64,000 nucleotides of DNA from an uncultured delta proteobacterium. Lineage in GTDB: Bacteria; Desulfobacterota; Binatia; UBA9968. Positions 19,392-28,622 of this stretch are shown here, one piece after another (positions within the stretch are counted from its first letter, which is position 1; each line of letters opens with the position of its first letter). Location of the stretch: assembly GCA_963737905.1 (NCBI GenBank), contig CAVTUQ010000010.1, positions 64,001-128,000 on the forward strand, read 5' to 3'. The position numbers and the translations under genes are program-made. The notes beneath the pieces are model-generated. The model worked only from the letters and a program-made list of their open reading frames with translations, searched no databases and was not told the origin of the DNA.

Positions 19392-20480
19392 ATGAAGAAG
19401 ATCGTCACTATCCTGATTGTCATCATTTCGGCTGCACTGCTTTCGGCGAGCCACTCAGAAACTCTGTACGCGGCTGCGGCTCAGACGACGGCTGAGCAGC
19501 TCTACGCGGAATTGGCGAAACTCAAGCCCGATCAGCGGGCCAAGAGACTGGAGGAAGGCGCGCGCAAGGAAGGCAAGCTCACTTTCGTTCATACCTGGCG
19601 CGGCAAGATCGCACGCGATTTCGGGAGCGCCTTTGAAAAACGATACTCCTATATCAAGTTTGAGATGAGCGACCTGGGTTCTCAGGATGCCGCGGAACGC
19701 TTTATCGCGGAAGAGCGGACGGGACGTCATCTGACGGATATCCTTAGCCTAGCCGTCCCAGATCTCGCCGTGGTTCTGAAACAGAACTTGGTTGCCCGGT
19801 ACCCGACACCCGCGACCGGTAAGATCCTGAAACAGTACGCCGGATTTGTCGATCAGGAGAATCGCTGGACGGCGTGGTACTGGAGCGAGCACGGGATTTC
19901 TTACAATACAAATCTGGTGAGTGCCGCTCAGGCGCCCAAAGAATGGTTCGATTTGTGTAAACCGGCGTTCAAGGGCCAGGTATCCTTTGATCCGGCGGAA
20001 ACACGTTTCCTAGCCGGGCTCTACACGATGATGGGCGAGGAGAAGACCAAGCAGTGGCTAAAATGCATCGGTGAGAATCAACCGATCATCCAGACGGGAC
20101 ATACTCAACGGATGGAGCTCATGCTGACCGGCGACCACGCGTTGCAGGGAGACAACTATCTCTACGCGGGCATCGAGGCGATGAGAAAAAACCCTAAGGC
20201 CCCCTACGCGATTGTCTATACGGCGCCGATTCTGGCTTTTGCGGGATCCATGGTCATCAGCAGGAACACGCAGAATCCTCATGCGGCGGCGTTAATGGCG
20301 GATTGGGCGCTTTCGGATGAGGCGCAAAAACTGACCAGCGACTTCCTGCGCGGCCCGTTGACCATTAAGCACCCGTATCTTCCGGACAACATCAAACTGG
20401 TGACTTACAACATCGTGAGCGAGGATATTACTAACCGGCTACACGAGGCCTGGAATCAATACATCGGCCGGCAGAAGTAG
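19392..20480 (+). CDS. ABC transporter substrate-binding protein (AfuA/FbpA-like class)
   Basis: Signal peptide, LEEGARKEGKL, YNTNLV...APK.W.DL, PHAAAL. Confidence 0.85.
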   Translation: MKKIVTILIVIISAALLSASHSETLYAAAAQTTAEQLYAELAKLKPDQRAKRLEEGARKEGKLTFVHTWRGKIARDFGSAFEKRYSYIKFEMSDLGSQDAAERFIAEERTGRHLTDILSLAVPDLAVVLKQNLVARYPTPATGKILKQYAGFVDQENRWTAWYWSEHGISYNTNLVSAAQAPKEWFDLCKPAFKGQVSFDPAETRFLAGLYTMMGEEKTKQWLKCIGENQPIIQTGHTQRMELMLTGDHALQGDNYLYAGIEAMRKNPKAPYAIVYTAPILAFAGSMVISRNTQNPHAAALMADWALSDEAQKLTSDFLRGPLTIKHPYLPDNIKLVTYNIVSEDITNRLHEAWNQYIGRQK

Positions 20481-20568
20481 CGCTCCGGCGATTTCAAGTC
20501 GGTTTTAAGACACAGGCGTAACGCCTTCTACTCGGAGGGCTCATCCTGAGGCCATCGGCAGAGTGTGA

Positions 20569-22293
20569 ATGACTCGGACTAGTGACCGGCTGCTCCCGAG
20601 CGGCGGCGGGATCGTTTTCGTATGTCTGGTCGTCGTTCTCATTTATCAGGTCTTGCTGCCGTTCCTGCTGATCATCTGGACAAGCCTGAAAGTCGCCCAT
20701 CCCGGAGATCCCGAATTCCTTGAACTGAGCTTTACGGCCGCCAATTATTTCCGAGCCTTCGCGATCAAAGAGTTTTGGGAGGCGAGCCTCAACACATTTT
20801 ATTTCGCGTCGGTATCCACGCTGTTCTCGTTCGTGTTTGGAACCTTCCTCGCCTGGGCCGTCGTTCGCACGAACACTCCGCTGGCGCCGTTGATCGGCAT
20901 GATCACACTCGGGCGCATTATTATCCCGGGAGTCATCATCACGATTTCCTGGATACTGCTAGCTAGCCCCAGCATAGGGATTCTGAATTATTTTATTACC
21001 GCGATCACCGGAGTGCGACGGTTCCTGAACATCTACTCCTTCTGGGGGATGGTTTGGGTGCAGTCGCTGGAAATGGCTCCGCTGGCCTACCTGCTGATGT
21101 CGGCGGCTTTCCAATCCACAGATCCACGACTGGAGGAAGCCTCAGCCATTGCCGGAGCCGGAGCATGGCCGACGTTTTATCGCGTCTCGTTGCCGCTTAT
21201 CCTGCCGGCTACGGCAGCGTCGGCACTCTTGTTGTTTATTCAAACGGTGGAGAGCTTTGAGGTTCCGTTATTGCTCGGCGGCCGCGCGCGGGTCCCGGTC
21301 TACACCACCGAGGTTTATTTCAACACGGCGCGCACGCCGACGGATTGGGGCTTGGCGAGCACGTATTCGATGATGCTTCTGGTTTTATCGATGGCCTTAC
21401 TCTTTGTCTATTTTAGATTGGTGCGTCATACCGAACGCTACCAAACCATTACCGGCAAAGACTTCAGGCCCCGTCGCATCGATCTCGGCAGCTGGCGGTA
21501 CCTGACCTGCGCGCTGAGTCTGCTTTTGGTTTTTCTCATCACCGGTCTGCCTTTTATTATAATGTTGTACGCTTCGCTGATGCCGCGTTTTCAGCCGCCA
21601 ACCTTCGAAGCATTGCGTGATGTAACCTTGGTTAATTATCGAAGCCTGCTGGCGGATTGGAACTATTCCGTGAGGCCGCTTTGGAACAGCACCCTGCTCG
21701 GCGTGGGGTCAGCTTCGGTGGTGATGCTGTTGGTTGCTGCCATCAGCTATTTTGTCAACAAGAGCCGTGTTCGTGGCCGCAAAATTCTTGACTTTCTCGG
21801 CTTCGCGCCGATTGCCTTGCCAAGCGTAGTCCTGGGCACGGCCTTCCTATGGTTTTATCTCCTCGTGCCGCTGCCGGTTATCGGAAGCCTCAGCATCATC
21901 GGTCTCGCCTATCTCACGAGGTATATGCCCTACGCGCTCCGTTTTGTCTCGGCGTCGATGGTGCAAATTCATACCGAGCTCGAAGAAGCCGCCGCCGTGG
22001 CAGGAGGGACCTGGTGGAAAAATCTTTATCGGATTTACCTTCCCTTGCTTCGCCCTGGTCTCATGGCCGGATGGTTTTGGGTGATGGTTCACGCGTATCG
22101 AGAGCTCACGATTGCGCTGATGCTGGCCCGGTCCAGAAATCGCACCGCCGCCGTGATCATCTTCGATCTCTGGTCCAATGGATCGTTTCCACAGTTGAGC
22201 GCTTTCGGAGTGCTTATGTTCGTAATACTGATCGTCCTGGTTTCCATTGGCCAGACTGTAGGAAAGCGGTTCGGGGTTCAGGAGCAGGTTTAG
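20569..22293 (+). CDS. ABC transporter permease (FbpB-like, two EAA domains)
   Basis: DPRLEEASAIAGA and ELEEAAAVAGG loops; many TM helices. Confidence 0.9.
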   Translation: MTRTSDRLLPSGGGIVFVCLVVVLIYQVLLPFLLIIWTSLKVAHPGDPEFLELSFTAANYFRAFAIKEFWEASLNTFYFASVSTLFSFVFGTFLAWAVVRTNTPLAPLIGMITLGRIIIPGVIITISWILLASPSIGILNYFITAITGVRRFLNIYSFWGMVWVQSLEMAPLAYLLMSAAFQSTDPRLEEASAIAGAGAWPTFYRVSLPLILPATAASALLLFIQTVESFEVPLLLGGRARVPVYTTEVYFNTARTPTDWGLASTYSMMLLVLSMALLFVYFRLVRHTERYQTITGKDFRPRRIDLGSWRYLTCALSLLLVFLITGLPFIIMLYASLMPRFQPPTFEALRDVTLVNYRSLLADWNYSVRPLWNSTLLGVGSASVVMLLVAAISYFVNKSRVRGRKILDFLGFAPIALPSVVLGTAFLWFYLLVPLPVIGSLSIIGLAYLTRYMPYALRFVSASMVQIHTELEEAAAVAGGTWWKNLYRIYLPLLRPGLMAGWFWVMVHAYRELTIALMLARSRNRTAAVIIFDLWSNGSFPQLSAFGVLMFVILIVLVSIGQTVGKRFGVQEQV

Positions 22294-22351
22294 ATTATGT
22301 TGCAGAAGTTCGCAAAGGATGGCTTGCCGGCGTCATACCCACGAAGCGACC

Positions 22352-22384
22352 TTGTAGGGGCGGGTTTGAAACCCGCCCCTACAA
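22352..22384. repeat. REP-like perfect palindrome (GTAG family)
   Basis: TTGTAGGGGCGGGTTT-G-AAACCCGCCCCTACAA, 16-bp arms. Confidence 0.85.
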
Positions 22385-22447
22385 CAGATGCAGGACAGGC
22401 AGCGACTGTCTAGCATTCTGTTAGAATGACGAGTAATAAGGAAGCGT

Positions 22448-23098
22448 ATGTTCAAGCCTATGTGTCCGCCACGGACGATAATCGTGGTCGGTTGGCTTTT
22501 TTGTCTACTGCTCAGACCGGTGTCGGCAGCGTCCCAGAGTAAATCCGCAAACCAAGCTTTAGTGGGGCCGGGACCGACTCTAGGATCAGCCAGCGCCGCC
22601 GTGACTATTATCGAGTTCTCTGATTTTCAATGCAGTTTCTGTAAAAGGTTTTGGACCGACACTCTGCCCAAGCTTAAAAGTGATTACATCAATACAGGAA
22701 AGACGCTTTTTATTTATCGGCACTTCGCTATTCTAGGAAAACATTCCGAGCAAGCTGCCCTGGCGTCGGAGTGCGCCGCGGAGCAAGGGAAATTCTGGGA
22801 GTATCATGACCAGCTATTTAAGAATCAGGGCGGGCTGGCCTTCACCGAAGCCAAGCTTAAACAATACGCGGGCGGTATCGGCTTGAACGCCGGAGCATTC
22901 GGAACCTGTCTGGGAACCGGCAAGTATAGAGAAAAAGTCGAGCGCGAGACTGTGGCTGCTGCTAATCTAGGAGGGCGGGGGACGCCATTGTTCATCGTTA
23001 ATCAGCGTCCTGTGGTTGGAGCCCAGCCTTACGCTGTCTTTCAGAAGATGATCGAGGAAGAGTTAAAATCCCAAGAGGAGAAAAAGAAAACCAAGTGA
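22448..23098 (+). CDS. Secreted DsbA/BdbD-family oxidoreductase
   Basis: EFSDFQCSFC, EQGKFWEYHD, GTP, GAQPY. Confidence 0.92.
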   Translation: MFKPMCPPRTIIVVGWLFCLLLRPVSAASQSKSANQALVGPGPTLGSASAAVTIIEFSDFQCSFCKRFWTDTLPKLKSDYINTGKTLFIYRHFAILGKHSEQAALASECAAEQGKFWEYHDQLFKNQGGLAFTEAKLKQYAGGIGLNAGAFGTCLGTGKYREKVERETVAAANLGGRGTPLFIVNQRPVVGAQPYAVFQKMIEEELKSQEEKKKTK

Positions 23099-23211
23099 CA
23101 GAGCGCAGGCGCACTGGAAGCGAGGATCTGGCGATCAACACACTGCCCGGCCCGACCGCAACCGCGTCCGCCAACCCTCTCAACCCATGAAACGCAACTT
23201 CGATGACCAAC

Positions 23212-23669
23212 CTAGCTCTGATTGCCATACTTTAGTCGGGTCACACTTCCCGGCCCTGACTGAAGACTGTTACTACAAACAGATTATCGAATTCGCTATC
23301 ATCAATCACCGGCACGCTTCCTGCACCAAGTCGGGCGATTATATCAGGGACGGTATCGCTATGGCCGATCACCAGCACGGTTTGCCCTGTGCGGTTCGAT
23401 AAGATGTCATTCCTTACTTGCAATGCTTCATCCATCTCAATAGCTGAGAGCCCGAGATGGGTGGCTAAGGGTTGCGCTGTCTCTTTCGCGCGAACGTAGT
23501 GAGACCTGTAGATAGCTTTAATACCCGACTGGCCGACTGCATGGATCAACTTTTTTGCCCGCGCTTTCCCGGCGGCATTCAGGTGAGGATCTGGATTAGC
23601 GGAGGTGGGAGCATTCCTTTCCCCATGCCGAATAAGAATTACCGTTGTCACCAAAGAAGCGCTCGCCAT
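23212..23669 (-). CDS. Histidine phosphatase family protein (1-bp frameshift near 23250)
   Basis: LIRHGE and GHSDT motifs. Adding one G gives the C-terminus GSVTRLKYGNQS*. Confidence 0.8.
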
Positions 23670-23895
23670 AGGAATCCCCCAATTTTCTTAGGTCTAATGG
23701 AAAACTCTACGCGCTACGTGAACGAACTGTCAAACAGGAGTGAATCCACACCTTAGTGGATTATGGTTTATACGCACCGGCCATTAACAGAATTTGCTTT
23801 CGCTTGATGGACTCCGCACCATTTGATGAGTCACAATAATGCGATACGCTTTCTTCGACTGAATGGTCTGGGTCACTATGCGTAGTTCGGAATCG

Positions 23896-24720
23896 ATGAC
23901 GCAAGGGGGCGAGCGATTTTTTTCGCCTGACAGGATGATCTGGCAGGTGGACCGCGAGATGGTTTTGCTCCTGGCGGGCGGGCGGGCGCTGCTCATGCAA
24001 CTGGCTCATCCCAAGGTCGCCGCCGGCGTTGCTGGGCACAGCCATTTCAAAGCCGACCCCCTCGGTCGCCTCTACAGGACGATGAGCGCGATGTGGTCGA
24101 TCGTTTTCGACGAGGCTTCGGAGGCGCGTGCCTCGCTGAAACAGGTGAAAAGTGTCCACCGAAGGATTCATGGGATCGTTTCCCCGGCAGAACGATTGCC
24201 TCTCGGGACTCACTATGACGCTCTGGACGCCGAGCTGCTGCTCTGGGTACATGCCACGCTCATCGATTCAGCGATGGTGGCCTATGATCTTTTCGTCAAG
24301 CGGTTCTCGTTCGATGAAAAGTCGCGCTATTACGATGACTCAAAAAAGCTGGCGCGCCTATTCGAGATTCCGGAAGCGCTTGTTCCGGTGTCCCTTGCGG
24401 ACTTCAATACTTATGTTGAGCGAATGTTGCTGGGTGGTGAAATCACCGCGGGGCCTATGGCTCGCGCTCTCGCGGGGGAAATCCTCTATCCCAGCCCATG
24501 GATTTTGCGACCGGCAGCACCATTGTTTCGCCTGATTACTGCGGGCCTGCTGCCGGAAAGATTGCGGGAAGGCTATGCAATTGGCTGGAACGAACGCCGA
24601 GAAAAAGCATTTTGGTTAATTGCCAAAAGCGTCCGACGCTTGCTGCCGCTCATCCCCGGACCGTTACGGATCGTCCCTAATGCCCGCGCTGCGAAGAAAA
24701 CCTTGCCCGCGTCGCCGTAG
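23896..24720 (+). CDS. MpaB/DUF2236 oxygenase-family protein
   Basis: GGRALLMQLAHP.VAAGV..HS.F..DP.GRL.RT, VH..I.G, LLWVHATL. Confidence 0.88.
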   Translation: MTQGGERFFSPDRMIWQVDREMVLLLAGGRALLMQLAHPKVAAGVAGHSHFKADPLGRLYRTMSAMWSIVFDEASEARASLKQVKSVHRRIHGIVSPAERLPLGTHYDALDAELLLWVHATLIDSAMVAYDLFVKRFSFDEKSRYYDDSKKLARLFEIPEALVPVSLADFNTYVERMLLGGEITAGPMARALAGEILYPSPWILRPAAPLFRLITAGLLPERLREGYAIGWNERREKAFWLIAKSVRRLLPLIPGPLRIVPNARAAKKTLPASP

Positions 24721-24748
24721 ATCACGGAAACCAAAAAACCGCCTGGAA

Positions 24749-24797
24749 CCCCTTCGACGGAGTTTATCCCGAGCGAGTAGCCGAAGGGCTCGGGACA
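24749..24797. repeat. REP-like hairpin repeat
   Basis: CCCTTCG...CGAAGGG and TCCCGAGC...GCTCGGGA interleaved inverted repeats. Confidence 0.55.
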
Positions 24798-24856
24798 TGC
24801 TTTGCTCCTTTGCGCGAGGTATATTAAAGGGTCAGCTGAAGTAGTGAGTTTCCATT

Positions 24857-25534
24857 ATGCGAATCCTGCTGGTTGAAGATGATGTGAAAATAGCCGCGTT
24901 CGTTGAGAAAGGATTGCGGGCCGCGGGGTATGCAGTCGATCATACTCCCGATGGGGAAACAGGCTTGCATCTGGCTTTAACAGAACCCTACGATGCCGCC
25001 GTCGTCGACATTATGCTACCGAAACTGAACGGGTTGTCGCTGATCGAAGGGATGCGACTGAAGAAGATCAATACACCGGTTATCATCCTAAGCGCGAAAG
25101 ATTCCGTCGATGATCGCGTCAAAGGGCTCCAGACCGGCAGCGACGACTATATGACCAAGCCCTTCGCTTTTTCCGAGCTGCTGGCACGCGTGCAGGCTCT
25201 AATCCGGCGCGCCGGCGGGGTGTCTGAACCGACGCAGTTGGCCACCGGAAATCTCTCCATGAACCTGTTGACCCGGGAAGTGGTCCGGGAAGGGAAAAGG
25301 ATCGAATTGCAGCCCATAGAATTCTCTTTGCTTGAATATCTTCTACGCAATACCGGGCGGGTGGTTTCAAAGACGATGATTATGGAGCACGTGTGGGACT
25401 ATAATTTCGACCCCCAGACCAACGTTGTCGAGGCGCGGATCTCCCGGCTCCGCGACAAAATCGACAGGGATTTTTCTAAAAAGCTCATCCATACGATCCG
25501 CGGGGTCGGCTATGTCCTTAGGGAAAATCCTTAG
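24857..25534 (+). CDS. OmpR-family response regulator (CusR/CopR-like)
   Basis: Receiver domain plus winged helix; VWDYNFDPQTNVVE..ISRLR.KID, TIRGVGY. Confidence 0.93.
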   Translation: MRILLVEDDVKIAAFVEKGLRAAGYAVDHTPDGETGLHLALTEPYDAAVVDIMLPKLNGLSLIEGMRLKKINTPVIILSAKDSVDDRVKGLQTGSDDYMTKPFAFSELLARVQALIRRAGGVSEPTQLATGNLSMNLLTREVVREGKRIELQPIEFSLLEYLLRNTGRVVSKTMIMEHVWDYNFDPQTNVVEARISRLRDKIDRDFSKKLIHTIRGVGYVLRENP

Positions 25535-26924
25535 ACTGCCGAACACGCTCGCCTTCCGTCTCACGCTCTGGTACGCGGGAATTTTTGCCCTTTGTTCTGG
25601 CGTGGCGTTTCTACTCTTTTACACGCTTATCACTTCGGTGCTTCAAGAACGAACCGATCAGGAGCTGCTGGCTCAAGCGCAGAGGTTCTCCAGCTTGCTG
25701 GCCGGTGACGGCATCGGAGCGGTCAATAACAGCGCGGTTATCGAGGCCCAAGCCGCCGGCGAAAAGAAAGTCTTTTTTCGACTCCTGAATCTCACGGGAG
25801 AGGCCTTTTCTTCCTCCAACATGTCCTATTGGAAAGATATCCATGTGGATGTCGGGGCGATTGAGAAGCTGCTGCGAGGCAGCGGTCCTATTCTGGAAAC
25901 CATTACGATTTCAAACCGCAGCGATGAAGTGCGCATCCTTTATGCCATGCTCAGTCCGACTGTCCTCGTGCAAGTAGGGCAGGCGATGGAAAGTCAGGCT
26001 CGTCTGCTTGACGCGTTCAAGCGAATTTTTATCATCACCATGAGTTTATTGATTTTCCTGGCCGCAGGAGTCGGTTGGTTCATGGCCAGGCGAGCTGTTT
26101 CAGGTATCGAGGCGGTTACCCACACTGCGCGAAAGATCTCCGGCGGCTCGCTTCAGGAGCGGGTCCCGGTAAAACCCAGGGGCGATGAGATCGATCAGCT
26201 GGCCACGACGTTCAATCGGATGGTGGACCGGATTCAAACTCTGCTCACGGAAATCAAGGAAATGAGCGACAACATCGCCCATGACCTGAGAAGTCCGGTC
26301 ACCCGAATCCGTGGCACGGCGGAAGTTACCCTGACGACCGGCAAGTCTCTCGAGGATTACGAGAACATGGCAGCCAGCACGATCGAGGACTGCGACCAGC
26401 TCCTCGATATGATCAACACGATGCTGCTGATATCAAAGACGGAGGCCGGAGTCGAAAAGCCTTCGGGTGAGGCGGTCGAGATCGCGGCTCTCATCCGCAA
26501 AGCCTGCGAACTTTTCGACCCTATTGCAGAAGACAAGAACGTGAGCCTGAACTATAACGCGGCCGAGAAAACCCTCGTCAGCGGCGACGCTCGAATGCTC
26601 CAGCGGATGCTCGCCAATATTCTGGACAATGCCGTGAAATATACCCCGTCAGGGGGAAAAATCGAGGTCTCTCTGACCGGGACCAAGAACCAAAATGTCA
26701 CCATCTCCATTAAAGACTGGGGAGTCGGCATCTCCGGGGCTGATCTGAACCGTATTTTCGAGCGATTCTACCGCTGTGATCAGAGCCGCTCCCAACCGGG
26801 AACGGGGCTGGGTCTCAGCCTGGCAAGGGCCATTGCCAGGGCTCATGGGGGGGACATTACCGTAACGAGCACCCCGAATCAGGGCAGTACTTTTAATATT
26901 ACCCTTCCGAAAGTCGAGGGTTGA
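25512..26924 (+). CDS. HAMP sensor histidine kinase (CusS-like)
   Basis: Two TM helices, HAMP, AHDLRSP H-box, NILDNAVKY, GTGLGL. Confidence 0.93.
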   Translation: MSLGKILRLPNTLAFRLTLWYAGIFALCSGVAFLLFYTLITSVLQERTDQELLAQAQRFSSLLAGDGIGAVNNSAVIEAQAAGEKKVFFRLLNLTGEAFSSSNMSYWKDIHVDVGAIEKLLRGSGPILETITISNRSDEVRILYAMLSPTVLVQVGQAMESQARLLDAFKRIFIITMSLLIFLAAGVGWFMARRAVSGIEAVTHTARKISGGSLQERVPVKPRGDEIDQLATTFNRMVDRIQTLLTEIKEMSDNIAHDLRSPVTRIRGTAEVTLTTGKSLEDYENMAASTIEDCDQLLDMINTMLLISKTEAGVEKPSGEAVEIAALIRKACELFDPIAEDKNVSLNYNAAEKTLVSGDARMLQRMLANILDNAVKYTPSGGKIEVSLTGTKNQNVTISIKDWGVGISGADLNRIFERFYRCDQSRSQPGTGLGLSLARAIARAHGGDITVTSTPNQGSTFNITLPKVEG

Positions 26925-26992
26925 GGGTCGAGAGGAAATTGTTCCTCATTCAATCCTCGATCCCCGACCCTCGACACTCTTTCTTATCCAAC

Positions 26993-27008
26993 ATTACCAA
27001 TTGGTAAT
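26993..27008 (+). promoter_or_regulatory. Palindromic operator resembling a CusR/CopR box upstream of degP
   Basis: ATTACCAATTGGTAAT, a perfect 16-bp palindrome about 90 bp before the start. Confidence 0.6.
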
Positions 27009-27096
27009 CTTCCGGTCAGCGTCCGGTTAACCTCGATTATTTATATTGAGTCAAAATTAACGGGCGATCAGGCCCCTAAACGAGAGGAGACTCATT

Positions 27097-28557
27097 ATGG
27101 AGAACAATTATTTTAAACGGTATTTGCTTGCCCCGGTCCTGGTTAGCGTCTTACTGGGAACTGGATATGGGATATCGAAAGCGGTGAAGGCTTCCGATGC
27201 AGCAGCTACTCCGCCAACCAAGTCGGTTGAAGTGCCGATGGTTCCGGGCAACTTTAGCGAGCTTGCAGAAACGGTTCGCCCTGGGGTGGTCAATATCCAG
27301 GTGGTCAAGAAGGTAAAGAACGTTGCCTTTGGATCGCGTGATTTCTCGGGAAATCCGTTTGGTGAGGACAGTCCATTTGGAGACTTCTTTGGGCGCTATT
27401 TTCAGGGTAATCCGTCGCCTGCTCCCGAGCAGCGCGGTGTCGGCTCCGGGTTCATCATGAGCCGCGACGGGTACATCGTGACGAATAACCACGTGGTCGA
27501 AGATGCGGACCAGATCAAAGTGAAGCTCGCCAGCGGCAAAGAATATAATGCCAAAGTCATCGGTCGAGACCCGAAAACAGATTTAGCCCTGGTAAAGATC
27601 GACGGAGCCTCGGACCTGCATGCTCTACCGATGGGTAATTCGGACGACCTCAAGGTCGGTAGTTGGGTCGTCGCGATCGGCAGTCCCTTCGGTTTGGAAC
27701 AAACCGTGACCGCAGGCATCGTCAGTGCCAAGGGAAGAGTCATTGGCTCCGGACCCTATGACAATTTCATTCAGACCGATGCCTCGATTAACCCCGGCAA
27801 CAGCGGTGGCCCGCTTATCAATACAAAGGGCGAGGTTGTGGGCATCAATACAGCGATTGTTGCCGAGGGCAAAGGCATAGGATTCGCCATCCCAATCAAC
27901 ATGGCCAAGGACATCGCTCCCCAGCTTCAGGAAAAAGGACACGTGACCCGTGGATGGTTGGGCGTAAGCATTCAGGAGATGACACCGGAACTAGCGAAAT
28001 CATTGGGCCTTAAAGAAGATAGCAAGGGGGCGCTGGTTGCGCAGGTCGTCCCAGGGAGCCCGGCGGAAAAGGCTGGAATCGCGCAGGGTGATGTGATCGT
28101 TGAGTTTGGCGGCAAAACAGTCGCCGAGTCCAAAGATCTGCCCCAGATTGTTGCATCGACGGCGGTAGGAAAATCAGTCGATGTGAAACTCTTGCGCGAT
28201 GGTAAAGCGCTCGACCGACAGGTGAAAATCTCTGAGATGGAAGAGAACGTCACAGTCAACAACGCACCTGCTCGGAAAACCTTGGGGATTGCCGTGCAGA
28301 ATCTCACCCCTGAAATGGCCAGAAGGCTCCGGCTCACGATAGAGAGCGGCGTAGTTGTCACCCGAGTTGAATCCGGAAGCCCAGCAGCCGATGCGGGAAT
28401 TCAAACCGGTGATATCATCCGCGAGGTTAACCGCAAGCCGGTAAAAGATGCGGACGACCTAGTTCAAAAGATTGAACAGGTCAAAGATCAGAGTAGTATC
28501 CTTCTGCTTGTCCAGCGCGGACAAAATAACCTGTTCGCCGCTGTCACACCGAAGTAG
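27097..28557 (+). CDS. degP: DegP/DegQ (HtrA) serine protease, two PDZ domains
   Basis: TNNHVV, DLAL, TDASINPGNSGGPL and two PDZ repeats. Confidence 0.95.
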   Translation: MENNYFKRYLLAPVLVSVLLGTGYGISKAVKASDAAATPPTKSVEVPMVPGNFSELAETVRPGVVNIQVVKKVKNVAFGSRDFSGNPFGEDSPFGDFFGRYFQGNPSPAPEQRGVGSGFIMSRDGYIVTNNHVVEDADQIKVKLASGKEYNAKVIGRDPKTDLALVKIDGASDLHALPMGNSDDLKVGSWVVAIGSPFGLEQTVTAGIVSAKGRVIGSGPYDNFIQTDASINPGNSGGPLINTKGEVVGINTAIVAEGKGIGFAIPINMAKDIAPQLQEKGHVTRGWLGVSIQEMTPELAKSLGLKEDSKGALVAQVVPGSPAEKAGIAQGDVIVEFGGKTVAESKDLPQIVASTAVGKSVDVKLLRDGKALDRQVKISEMEENVTVNNAPARKTLGIAVQNLTPEMARRLRLTIESGVVVTRVESGSPAADAGIQTGDIIREVNRKPVKDADDLVQKIEQVKDQSSILLLVQRGQNNLFAAVTPK

Positions 28558-28583
28558 CCGCTCACTAACTTATCTCCCACCCA

Positions 28584-28618
28584 ACAACCCCTCCGCCGGC
28601 AGCGGAGGGGTTGTCTTT
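28584..28618. terminator. Intrinsic terminator between convergent genes
   Basis: ACAACCCCTCCGC-CGGCA-GCGGAGGGGTTGT followed by CTTT. Confidence 0.75.
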
Positions 28619-28622
28619 ACTC

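Noticed and set aside
19392-22293. ABC binding protein and permease without an ATPase as a new transporter type
   Set aside because: Sharing an ATPase encoded elsewhere is common; nothing else here is unusual.
23241-23243. Other premature TGA codons (also 45389, 50921) as selenocysteine
   Set aside because: They are not at Cys-equivalent positions, and the protein continues in a different frame, so these are frameshifts.
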